From Pseudovirgaria hyperparasitica (Eukaryota): a stretch of DNA of 64,000 bases. Of this stretch, positions 49,914-61,626 are shown in pieces. Where the stretch lies: the NCBI GenBank assembly GCA_010093815.1, contig ML996566.1; one strand, given 5' to 3'. Each line of letters opens with the position of its first letter. Within the stretch, counting starts at the first letter, position 1. The translations under genes were made by a program, and so were the position numbers. The notes beneath the pieces are model-generated. The model saw only the letters and a list, made by a program, of their open reading frames with translations, made no database searches and was not told where the DNA came from.

Positions 49914-52900
49914 TTAGACATTTTCAAAGACAAAGGTTGGGGTGCCGGGAATGCTGCCTTCGGCTTGCACCGGCAGGCTATCCCTCTTCTCGCCGTTCTT
50001 CGACTCCGGGAACACCACCGTTCCGCTCTTGCCTCCGTCGTCCACGCTGACAATCTCTACCTCCACTAGCTTGACGACGGGCAGCACAGGCACCATCTCC
50101 TTTAGCACAGCCAACTCGTCGAACGGCAACTTGCGGCCAAATACCGCCTCCGGCAGCTCGCCGCCCGTCAGACGCTTCGCCAAGCTCTGCACAAACGGCA
50201 TCGCCTTCTTCATGTCTGGCTTGGGGATCTTGGCCGTCACGGCCTTCATGTTGATAGCCATGTCCTTGAACGCGTCCTGCACCATGGCGATGTACTGGTC
50301 CTGCCACGCGGGGAACTTCTGTGCCGCAAAGATGGTCAGCTTCTTGTCCTTCTTCGGGTCAAACACCATCTGCTTGCCCTTGGCGGCTTTCTTGACTTGC
50401 GCGCCCTCGGCTGATGTGATGTTGCCGCTGGTGGTGCGCACATAGGTGCGAGACGCGCTCAGTGTGGCGTCTGGAGCGGGCACCTCGGGGAAGGTGGCGC
50501 TTTGGATGGTGCTGGGCTTCTTGAGGACTTCCAGCCAGAGATATTCGGCAAAGTGGGGCGCGATAGGGGTGAGGAGGAGGGCTTGGAGCTCGATGTAGCG
50601 GAGGGTGAGGTCGCGGTGCATGCCTATGCTCTTGGTCGCCTCGCGGTACGAGTCGCGCGAGGATGTGAAGTCGTAGAAGCCGAACTTCAGGGCGAGCTTG
50701 TACATGGAGCTGATGATGTTAGTGAGAAGGGCTGGGCGGTGTTGATATTTGCCACTTACAGGTCGTATTGCTCGTAGGCGTCTTTCGCGATGACATTCAT
50801 CTCATCTTCAAATAGATTGTCCCAGAAGTTGCGCTCGCCGGTGCGTTGCGCGTTGTCCTTGCCCGTTCCTGTGACGGCGCTCTCGCACCAGTTCTTCAGC
50901 TCATACAGCTTCAAGATGACGGCATTGGCTACGCTTTCCTCGAAGTTGGCATCTTCGAGCGCGTCGCCAGCATCAGCCAGGGCGATTCTCGTCGCATCCG
51001 AGCCAAACTTGGCTATCGCCGCGTTCAGGGTCAGGAAGTTACCTGTGCTCTTGCTCATCTTCTCGCCGTTCAACATTAAATGACCGTTGATGCGGATCGA
51101 TTGTGGCCAGTTGTTCTTTGGAAAGAGAGCGGCGTGGATGTAAAGACAGAAACTCAAGTGGTTGTTCACCAGGTCCTTTCCGGAGATGCGGGAATCGAGA
51201 GGATACCAGTATTCGAAGCTGCGCTTCATGGTTTGCAAATGCTCATGGCTGATCTTCGTCTCGGGGAACGCAGCATCCTGCGGTGCGAACAGGTAGTCCC
51301 ATACCTCATCGGTCATCTGGTCTGGAGTGATGGGGAATGCGCCAGGCTTGGTGCCATAAAGATCCGAGTGGAGGTAATGCGCGATCGTATAGTACGATTG
51401 GTAGATGGTCGAGTCAGAAAGAGACTCGACCATGACGGAAGGATCCCAAGGTAGTTTAGAGCCGAGACCATAGCTTCTTGCACAAGACCATTGGGCCAGC
51501 CAGTTTACAGTCCGGACGAAGGAATTCTTTGCTTCTGGGTAGTACGTGTTCAATCCGTCCTCAAGGTAGTCGAGGACTTGTTGACACCACTCTCCATCAC
51601 CGCCATTCGCAGTAGTGCCGTAATTGAAGTACCATTGGTCGAGGAGGGCTGCTACGCATACGTCTGCTGATCTGGAAACGACCATACCATCTGGCTCGGC
51701 GTAATTGAATGCAAGTCCCGACTCAATGAGTTGTTTCTTCACCAAAGCCTTTGCTTCGGCGACAGGCTTGCCTTTGTGTTCACCTATAATCATCTTTCCT
51801 TGATAGAAGCCTTCCTTGTAGGCTAGATCCTTGGCTTCAGCCAATTTGGCGTCTTTGGAAGAGTTAATCTTCAGCTGCTCAACCAGGGTCTTCGCGGTCA
51901 AGTTGCCGTAAGTAGGGGTCTCGATGATTGGAATAATTTCAAGTTCGGCCCATTCCTTCTTTATGCCATAGAAATCAGCCTTCTTTTGTAGCTCGAGAGT
52001 GGTCGCGTAATCGTCGGGGCTGTCGCTAGGAACGCAAGTCACAACTGCCGTGCCTTTTGTATCCTTTACTGTATCCATGGGCAGAATTCTTACTCCTGAC
52101 GTATGAACGGACATGGGTGCGTTGACCAAAGTGCCGACAACGTCTGAACCCCTAAATTCTGCAATCTTTGGGAAGTTGCCCCACGTCGGGAAGATCTCTT
52201 GGAATGCCATGTTCCGGGCAGCTCTCTCGCTGTTGAAAAAGTATTCATTGTCCTTCACATGGTAGATGCCATAGACTATATTAGGACCAACGAAGCAACA
52301 CGTTTGACCGTACATAGTCTCTGGCCGGAGAGTTGCAGGGATGAAGTAGACTTTGGCGCCCTCTGGTAGTTTTCCTGCGAGAATCTCCTGGGCCTTCTCT
52401 GGCCATTCTTTGACCTCCAGCTTCAGCGCAGTATACTCCTGCACCGTCACACCTTCACCTGAGCTGCGATCATGATCCAAACAGGCTTGGCCATCCTTGG
52501 GACTGTATACAGTGTAACGTTTGCCGAACTTGATCTTGCCCATTTGCTTCAGGTGCACCATCTGCCACCTTATGAAAGTATCAAAGTAAGGGTTGGCGTC
52601 TGTGGTAACGAATTGCCTACGCCAGTCGATGCGGAAGCCGAAATCTGTCAGGTCCCTCTTTGCCAACGGCGGAAAGTACGTCAGCCACTTCTGTGGATCC
52701 GCAAAGGTGTGAATCTCCTCGAGTGGGATGCCTAGAGAAAGCATTATCTGGAATTGATAATTCGTCTTGACCGTTTTCGCAGCTGCTTTGCCCTTGCTTG
52801 CTTGAAATTTGGTTACATCTGCCCTGGTTTCTTGTGTCGGCGGAGGAGCAGCATCTTTGTCGTCCTTTTGTACATCTTCTAGGTTACACCTTTCGAAGTT

Positions 52901-53421
52901 CTTACCGAACAGCTCGACCTCACGTTCGAGCTTATCTGCACAGGCCTTTATGGGCATACCAGTACAGTGAAAGCCCAACGGGAAAAGAGTCCGCTTGCCT
53001 TGGAGACGGTTGAAGCCTGCTTGGAATTCTGCTTTACTAAAGGTGAAGGCGTGGCCCATGTGTAGAGTACCGTTCACTGCATATGTCAATACTGGTGATT
53101 GCAATAACCATGATGGTCCTTACTGTAGGGGAAGGCGACGGTGACCATGAACTTGGGATATTTCTCGTGCAGCTGCTTCTGTGTCATGGAGCCAAATGGT
53201 ATCTCCTCCAGACTTGGGGCCTCGGGCTCGAAGACTTTGTCAGACTGCCACTTCTTCTGGTAACCTTGCTCAATGGAAATGAGAGCATCACGTTTTTCCG
53301 TCTAGAGCTGTCAGCTAGGAGAAATCCTTGGTGGGCGCAAACATACGTTTTCGATTTTCATGGTTTTGGTTGACGCATGGTCAGGATGCATTGCATCTAG
53401 GGTTGCCTTTGCGGCCGCCAT
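49914..53421 (-). CDS. CDC60: Cytosolic leucyl-tRNA synthetase
   Basis: FPY|MNGTLHMGH, GFHCTGMPI, ATLRPETMYGQT, VPSDSPDD (editing domain), ESLSDSTIY, KMSKS. Three introns. Confidence 0.97.
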
Positions 53422-53902
53422 GTCCGAAATACAGAGTCTCCTTTAATTCTTGCAGCTGCACAGTTGTTTGTTCTCGCGGTGGAGTCCGAATATCAACGAG
53501 GTCTTGGCGCGCGGGACATGCACTTTTTGCGTTGGCAGTTGACCGGTCGCGCGAGCTCTGACCAAGAATCGAAACAGAACGCAGTCTAGCAATTCTACTG
53601 GGGATATCACAAAGTTGAAGGAGTGGAAAGTTTTCAGACACAGTCAGTGTTTTGTTTGACCTGCGATACAAGTGACTCAACTCTGATACACCCTTGCTTT
53701 TCTTGTCCGCACGACCAAGCTAGGGCTAGCGAGATCACGTGCGACGTCATACCTGGCCATCATCTTTGCTTACCTAAGATATGCTTCAGTCTCAGTCTGA
53801 GGATTACTACAGGTCGACAGGCTTCTTTCCACGGCTTCTGTCAATTACAAGACACATTTGTGCAGCCCAATTCCGAACCGCGGGCGCAGTCTTTGCTCAA
53901 AC

Positions 53903-54396
53903 ATGTTATCTTTCCTGTTCCGAAAACCCTCTGCTGGACCTCCGTACGACATTACGAAAAATCCATGGCGCGCGAAACGGAAGTGGCCTCCTGATTTCGA
54001 ACAGCTATCACAGAAAGAGCAATTCAAGTTCGAAAGGCGGTTCAGACGCAGACATAAGCTGAAATGGATGCGACCTGCATGGACGAAGGGTGTGAAGATC
54101 ACGCAGTGGGGATCAATCACAGGTAGGGCTCATGATTTGTCGCTTGAGTAAAACTAGCTGATATGGCGCAGCGATACTGTTATATGCAGTCTTCGTCTAC
54201 GAAGATCCGAAAGCGGGCTCCAGAGACCAACCATTTGCATTTGTGAGTGAACCATCGACGTCTGGCATAGGCAATTGCTTACGAACAGGCTCGTCAATGG
54301 TACAAGGAAAGCATACGACCGTTACTGCCCTTTGCGAAGAGCCACACCTCTTCGCCGCCACACCGAGGCGACCAAGTCAATAGCCAAACTTCATGA
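53903..54396 (+). CDS. Small conserved fungal single-TM hypothetical protein
   Basis: MLSFLFRK...NPWRAKRKWPPDFEQLSQKEQFKFERRFRRRHKLKWMRPAW, then two GT-AG introns giving a TM segment and ...NSQTS*. Confidence 0.7.
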
Positions 54397-55855
54397 TCAG
54401 CTTGGCAACGGATGGCTCATTGAGGGCCTTATATTCGGAGCAGACGGCCAGGCATGTGGAATAGCAGACAACAGGCTTGCGGACAAAGCCGAATGGACAT
54501 GCTTCTGACTGCCAGTGCAGACGGACACATTACGTTCAGGCCACAATACCTCTGCTTAGCAGACTTGAAGCACTCGATCATATGATCAAATCAACGAGAA
54601 GCCTCGTTTCCTGCAAAGAACGGCACCAAGATGGACATCTGGCCTAGCCGACTCTACGACGTGTTTGACACACTGCTCCCGGATGAGTATATGTGTCGAA
54701 TATTACACTCAAACCAGGCAAAGAGGGCGTCTGGACACCCGAAATGAATGGGCTTGCTTGATTCGACTCGTGCTTGGAGCCGGGCTCGCGTGATCTGTTT
54801 GGGTTTATTTACGTGGCTGCTCTGGGTATGGCCGGCAGATGGCAAGCTCAACGCATGAATCTCTGCGTACTGGGCCTGACACCATTTCTTGTGGCAGAGG
54901 ACCTCGGGCTGCGTGCACTCACTCCAATACGCCAGCTAACATGGTTACCAAAGCCTTTATGACATTGATCGAAAGCTTTGAAATAATGTCTGTAGACTTC
55001 CTAAATAGTGGTATCGATGGCAAGAAACCAGATCAAGTGCAGTCTTCAAAGTCTGATGTGCAGCCAGCCACAAGCCTGATGGTATACAGGCTGAGGCTAT
55101 TACCACCTGACTAGGCATGAAGTTACGTCGATAGGCTGACTCCGCTAATGTTTCGAATAGGAGGCATATCAAGGGTGTCAGGGGCGTGGATCTATGCAGA
55201 CTGGACTTCCAACCAGGTGATATCACACTCCATGCTGCTATGCAGCATATGTGATATGAATAAATGATCCGCTATGGCGTACGGAAGCTCGTCTCTTCGT
55301 CCACGATGAAGCTAAACGCGTGTTTATCGCACACGTTGGAGTTGAAATGGACTTCATAGCCTCGTCAGGACGTGTAATGGAACATCCATATGCCTGCCTG
55401 TGCCCCTGTCAGCGTTCTTGGTCGTCGCCGGGCGGACGGACCGCGGTGCGGCCCCAGCTGAGGCACCCGCTACATACAGTAGCGAGGCAGCTTAGTAGCT
55501 AGCCTTACGCTCCTAACCTCGATCGGAATGTGACGTAACGATCCCTTGCAGCACTCAGCTGCCAAATGTATAGCCCACTGTAGCCAGGTCCCGTAGCCTC
55601 GTCTGTCTAACTGACTGCCTTTTCGCCTTTCGTCTGAGCCACACACTCTCTCTCACACTCTCTCGCTTCCCTCGATCGTTTATGCGCTGCTCAGCTAGAT
55701 AAATGCCGAGACCTGTCGCTCGTTGATCTGCTTGATCTCTCGTTGTGAATAGTTACGCGAAGTAAGCTGCTCGATACGCGCGAGCGAGGGCTTGGGCGCA
55801 GAAGGCTCGTACGGCGAACAGACTCTACCGATCGCTTCCACGTATCCATACAGAC

Positions 55856-57598
55856 ATGGTAACAGCGTCTCAAAAGCCGATCATAGGGACAGGACATCAC
55901 TAACAAAAACCACAAGGCCTCGATCCTCCGACAAATCGTCGCCGGGCCACGCGCACCCCACCCAGAAGCCGGCCTCGATCTCTGCTACGTGACAGACCGA
56001 AGCAAGTCTTCCCCTCCCACCAAACCCCTGAAAACAGCCAATCTAACCAGACCCTTTTCCCCCCTCCAGTCATCGCAACCTCCGGGCCCAGCGGCACCTA
56101 CCCGCAGCGCGCATACCGCAACCCGCTCTCCTCGCTCGTCAAATTCCTCGACTACAAGCACACGACAAACTGGGCGATCTGGGAGTTCCGCGCCGAGGGC
56201 ACCGGGTATCCGGATGAGGACGTGTACGGGCGGGTCTGGCACTACCCCTGGCCGGACCACCACCCGCCGCCGTTTGCGCTGATTCCGAACATCATGGCGA
56301 GCATGCGGAATTGGCTGCACGAGAGCGCAGACCGGGTAGTGGTGGTGCATTGCAAGGCTGGCAAGGGGCGCAGCGGGACGGTGAGCTGCGCGTATCTTGT
56401 GAGTGAGGAAGGGTGGGCGGTGGAGGATGCGATTGCGCGGTTTACGGAGCGGCGGATGAGGCCTGGGTTTGGGGCGGGCGTGTCGATTCCGAGCCAGTTG
56501 CGCTGGCTGTCGTATGTGGACAGGTGGACGAAGGGCGGGAAGAGGTATGTGGAGCGGCAGGTGGAGATTGTGGAGGTGAAGGTGTGGGGCCTGCGTGACG
56601 GGGTCAAGATTACGGTGGAGGGGTTCGTCGACGACGGCAAGCTGATTAAGAACTTCCATGTCTTTGGGCTGGAGGAGCGCGAGGTGACGCGCGGGAAGCT
56701 GAAGGACGGCACGGGGTTCGCGGGCGTGGTGGCAGACGTCATGGGCCGCAGCAACAGCGTCAAGAAGAAGGCATCACCATCAAACCCAGCCGCCGAGCTA
56801 CAGAAAAGCACAAGCGCCACTGCATCCCTCAGTAACACCACCACTACTACAACCCCAGACCCATCAGCCACCGCAGAATACATCGGCGCAGACGCAACCT
56901 TCACGCCCACCACCCCCGTCGTCCTCCCGACAAACGACATCAACATCGACTTTGAGCGCCGCAGCACGGCCGCCTACGGCCTCACAATGGTCACGGCCGT
57001 GGCGCACGTCTGGCTCAACGCCTTCTTCGAAGGCCACGGCAGCGAACAAGCCGGCCGCGCCGACCCCGAGGGCGTCTTCGCGCTCGACTGGGACAAGATG
57101 GACGGCATCAAGGGCAGCAGTCGCAAGGGCGCGCAGGCATTCGACCGCTTCGAGGTGCGGTGGAAGGTGCACGATTTGGGTGGCGAGGTGGTGATTGATG
57201 AGCCTGCGGTGGGCGAGGAGGTCGGGCAGGCGGCGCCTGCGGACTGGCATGGGAATGCCCAGGCGGGCGAGGAGAATGAGAAGGATCTGGGGATTCGCAC
57301 CACGTCGCCGACGGGGCGGGAGGGGACGGGCAGCACGACGACGATGAAGAAGGAGAATAACATGATAGTGAGTGTTCCGCAGACGGGGAGCACGGGCAGT
57401 GACGGCACCAAGGCGCATGGGGTGGTGGCAGATGTTGCGGGTGAGAGCACGCATGGAGATGGGGATGGAGACGGACATGGACATGGACATGGACATGATC
57501 ATGTATCGACAACGGACTTGCCGGGCGGGAGGCCGGAGGCGGAGATGAAGACGGCCAAGGAGCATTCGCTGGGGCATCTCGGACGGGAGAAGAAGTGA
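55856..57598 (+). CDS. TEP1: PTEN-family phosphoinositide 3-phosphatase
   Basis: M|ASILRQIVAGPR...LDLCYVTDR|IIATSGPS...YRNPL, WPDHHPP, HCKAGKGRSG (PTEN P-loop). Confidence 0.93.
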
Positions 57599-57752
57599 CA
57601 TGGATGGACGGGGGATAGGATAGAACTGTGGCTGGAGCTGGGGCGTTGGATGTGGCTGTGGCTATGGCTGTGGCTGTGGCGGGTGGCGGTGCACCTGTTC
57701 GTCCAATTACCTAAGGCACAGAACAAAGCAGTCTGATAAGACAACATGATGC

Positions 57753-57920
57753 AAAATTCCAAGAATCCAAGAATCCGAGAATCCAAAAAATAAAATAAAA
57801 ATAAAAATAAGAATAAAAATCCGAGAATCCAAAAATCCAAGAATTCCCCCCCCCCCCAAAAAAAAAAGAAAATCCGAAAAAAAGAAATATTGAAAAACAA
57901 AAAAAAATAACAAGAATTCC
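57753..57920. repeat. A-rich low-complexity patch with degenerate AATCC(A/G)AG units and C/A homopolymers
   Basis: Seen directly between the convergent PTEN and nuclease-like genes. Confidence 0.85.
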
Positions 57921-57940
57921 ATGGATATATTCAGTTATAG

Positions 57941-59377
57941 TTATGCAAGAGTCTTCGTCACCGAGTAGTCGACCGGCGGCGCTGGTCGTCGCTCCATAAA
58001 CTGCGACATGACTCGCGCCAGCTTTTTCTTAATGTCGTCCATGAAACGGCCTCCGCCCCATTGAAGAACGTTGTGCAGCAGAGACAGGAAATGCTCTGTC
58101 CGCTCGGGCTGTGTCGCGCTAACGACATCAAGCAGCCACATGTTGTATGTTCTGCACTCGTCTTCGACCAGTGACCAGTGTGCCCAGAGCTCGTGTAGTG
58201 GGCCCTCGGTACAGATGGAGAAGAATAAGGGGGTTGGAGGGGGTTGAGGAGCAGCGAGAGAGGCGGAAGGGGATGTGGTGGTGGTGGTGGTGGTGGTGGT
58301 GGTGGTGGTGGTGGTGGTGGTAGCTTCACCACTTTGCCCCGAAGAGGAAGAGGACGCTGTACTCGTACGTCGCGCAGCCAGTTCCTCCAGCCGGACTTGA
58401 AGATTCAGCGCACAGGCACCAGCAACGGCAGCCTGGTTCTCGGCGTCGGCGATGTGGGACCCTGTGGTGTAGGCCTTGCCCTCGACGACGGCAAAGGGGA
58501 AGACGAGATCGGAGGTGTCTGTGAGTGCACAGGCTAGAATGGGCTTGCCTTTGCAGGTGTCGGGTCTCTTTGGGATCTTTGGCTTCATTTGCAGCACGGT
58601 GAGAAAGCTCTCGGCCTTGAGCGTGCTCACGCCTTGACCGACGAGGGAGTGTTGCACGGCCTCTCTTTGCAGGCCTATGGATATGTCTGGTCGTGGGGTT
58701 TTGAGAGGAGAGTCTGTGGGCGTTGCGTATTGTCCTTCTGCAGAAGAATCGATGCGTTGTCGTTTCGAGAGCGAGTCTACAATATCCTCCGTCGTGATAG
58801 CATCGAGTGGAAAGAAGTCAAAGGTTGACGATGTAGGCTTCAGGTCTTCCGGCCAGTCTGCATTCTGACGCGTACAGATGGAGTCGGGTTTCAGGTCCTC
58901 GATAGCAATCGCCAAAGGACTCACGAAGTCAGCCTCTCGTACCGACGAACGCGATAGAGTGGTGCACTTGGCCGTGAATGCGCCGGCGACTCGCGACACG
59001 ATATGTTTCCGATGCTCTGGTAGTGCTTGGTGTATGATTGCATTGACGGCCTCTCTCACACGATCAGGAGGAGATTGGTGAAGTCGAATTTGACAGTCCC
59101 TAAGAGATAGGTAGCGGTATGTGGAGGTGGAGGTGGATGTCGATATGGATGTGGAGTCGATAGTAGCAGACTCGGTCTCTCTACGACTACTACTACTACT
59201 ACTACTACCACTGCCCTCAGAACGCGCCGACATGCGATCCAGCAGCCGTTTATTCTGCTCGGTGAGTTGGCCGCAGATGGGAGTGGGCGAGAGACAAGGT
59301 CGCTTTGCAGATTCGGGGGGACTGTCCTCTTTCTCTACCGACAGTGCTGGGCGCTTCCGCTTTGTGCTTGTGGTCAT
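57941..59377 (-). CDS. Fungal PD-(D/E)xK nuclease-fold protein (DUF7924-like)
   Basis: Intronless 478 aa; LKTPRPDISIGL, FPFAVVEGK, AENQAAVAGACAL, FFSICTEGPLHELWAHW; N-terminal basic KRKRP. Confidence 0.75.
   Translation of the reverse strand: MTTSTKRKRPALSVEKEDSPPESAKRPCLSPTPICGQLTEQNKRLLDRMSARSEGSGSSSSSSSRRETESATIDSTSISTSTSTSTYRYLSLRDCQIRLHQSPPDRVREAVNAIIHQALPEHRKHIVSRVAGAFTAKCTTLSRSSVREADFVSPLAIAIEDLKPDSICTRQNADWPEDLKPTSSTFDFFPLDAITTEDIVDSLSKRQRIDSSAEGQYATPTDSPLKTPRPDISIGLQREAVQHSLVGQGVSTLKAESFLTVLQMKPKIPKRPDTCKGKPILACALTDTSDLVFPFAVVEGKAYTTGSHIADAENQAAVAGACALNLQVRLEELAARRTSTASSSSSGQSGEATTTTTTTTTTTTTTTTSPSASLAAPQPPPTPLFFSICTEGPLHELWAHWSLVEDECRTYNMWLLDVVSATQPERTEHFLSLLHNVLQWGGGRFMDDIKKKLARVMSQFMERRPAPPVDYSVTKTLA
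58275..58321. repeat. (GGT)n trinucleotide run encoding poly-Thr in the nuclease-like gene
   Basis: Seen directly. Confidence 0.95.
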
Positions 59378-60877
59378 GATGCTTGAGAGGGTAGGAGTGA
59401 GGTCAAGAGTTGGTATAGAATGAATGGGTGGAAGTGGTAGCTTAGGTGTATACTAACAACTATTAATTAAGGTGGAGCCTGGAGTGGTGCGGGGGCCCGG
59501 GGGGCGTTGGGTGCCTCAGGCTGAGATGGAGCAGAGGGAACGAAAGGACTACTACTGTATTGCTGGTAATTACAGTACCTAGTCTAGTAGTAGCCAGGAC
59601 ACACACTACTGTAGCTGCTCTCATCGTCTCGTCTGTAACCCTACTCACCGCCCAGAGCCATCAACAGTTCATTAATCGTCCATTTCACAATTATTTTATT
59701 TTATTTTGACCATCCTCTTTCAATTTAATCCCTTAGTGACTGAGTGTGTAGTGTATAAAGTAATTATACGAAACCAACAAACGGTGTGCTGGTGCGGTTG
59801 GAGGGTGCATGAGCGTGTGTGCATATGTATGTGCAGATGGGATGGGGATGCATAATTATATAGACATGTCAAGTGCCGAACAGGGCAGGCATACGCACAC
59901 AAGGCACCAGGCATAAGGCGTAGGGATGGAGGTATATTAGTGGAGTGGAGTGTACAGTAGTGGAGTGGAAGGGATCAAGGATTGTGTGGGTCGTCGTGTG
60001 GATGGATGGATCGGTGGATGATTATGCATTGGTGGGATCGCGGATCGTGCATTAATGGAGATGTACAGGATCGCGGATTGTGGGCTTGTGGGCTTTGGGG
60101 CATCGTGGGCATTGTTGGACTGGACTGGCCGAGTTTGGGTGGGTTGGCGGCCGCTTTTTGCTGACTTGCGGGCGGGCGGACGGGCTGACTGGCTGGCTGT
60201 TGGCTGACTGACTGAACGTTTTTGGGGGGCTTGACCGGGCTTGGGGCAGCTGTTTTGCAGTGTTTTGGCGGTGCTGGCGGTGCTGGCAGGGGGCAGTTTT
60301 GGGGGAGTTTGGGGAGTTTGGGGGGGTTTGGGGCAAACTGTGGGGGCGGAGAGTGGCTGCTGGGAGTCTGGGACTGACTGGCGGTGGTCAACTACTACTG
60401 CTGCTACTACTACTACTCCTACTCCTACTAATTACTGTAGGTAAAGTGTAGCGCCCACACAGTCGGGTTGGCAGTAAGTATAGTAATATATTGGATGACT
60501 TGTAATAATAGCACGAGAATACCCTTGAATTCACTACATTCTACTCAGTCGTCAGTAGTGCTTCGCCTCACTTCCTCTCTACATTCCTCCTTCATCCATT
60601 CATCCTCCATCATCACCACCTTTGCATCACTCTTCTTCTTCTTCACTCTACCTACCATCCATCCATCCACCATTCAACGCGCTGCTCCTGTACACAACTG
60701 TCAATCCCCAACCTCAACCTCAACCTCAGCCGCTAATTGTCCCTTCCACCATCGCCATCTTCTCTTGCACATCTTGCATCGTGCATAATCCCTCGTGCAT
60801 CGTGCATCTTGCTTCTCGCTTCTCGCTTCTTGCATTCTTCATCCTTCCTTGCTTAATCCTTCTTACTTCTTCTGAAT

Positions 60878-60950
60878 CTTCTTCTTCTTCTTCTTCTTCC
60901 TCTTCCTCCTCCTCCTCCTCCTCCTCCTTCTCCTCCTTCTCCTCCTTCTC
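60878..60950. repeat. Pure polypyrimidine tract ((TCT)n/(TCC)n)
   Basis: About 70 nt containing only C and T, upstream of the AAA ATPase gene. Confidence 0.9.
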
Positions 60951-61626
60951 TGCAACACTCTCACACACACCACCACCACCACTACTAATCATCATCGTCA
61001 TCACCGTCATCACCGTCATCACCGTCATCCCCAGCATCACATACCACCACCAATCCCGCCGATCCTGCTGCCTTCCACGCCAACTACCACACCACCGATA
61101 CCCCGTCCGCCATCCGCCAGACGCCAGACGCCAGAGAACCCGCTCTCAACGTGTCACTCTCCCACTCCAGCCACGCATCTACTCTCCCCCCTGCCTTGCA
61201 TATTCGCAAGCCTCGTCCGCCGCGCGCTTGTCACTTTACTCCCGACACTCCTCTCCCTCTAATTACTCCACTGTTCATTCATCCCCCTTCACTATTCTTC
61301 ATTATCGCAATTGTCTGGCTGGCTGTCTGTCTGTCTGTCCGTCTGTCTTGTCTCTCTGACTGTTCGACTGCCTGACTGTCTGCCTGATTTGACTACCGGT
61401 CTGCTGCCTGCTGTCTGCCTACTGCCTGCCTACAAATACTACTTCTGCTCCCCCGCCACACACCTAATTACCTTGCCTGTCTCACTCTCTCTCTCTCTCG
61501 TCTCAATCTTCGGCACCCTTTCCTGCCTACCTGCTCTTACTTTCTCCGCTCCATGCTCCCGCCTCTATCCCACCCTCCAGTCCACCGTCTTGATTTGTCT
61601 GCCCTCCCCTGCCTGCTATCGTCAAC

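Noticed and set aside
54400..55850. 1.4-kb spacer with short ORFs, possible gene relic
   Set aside because: No family recognisable by eye; would need BLASTX.
60622..61359. 245-aa ORF upstream of the AAA ATPase
   Set aside because: Translation of microsatellite and pyrimidine-rich promoter/UTR sequence.
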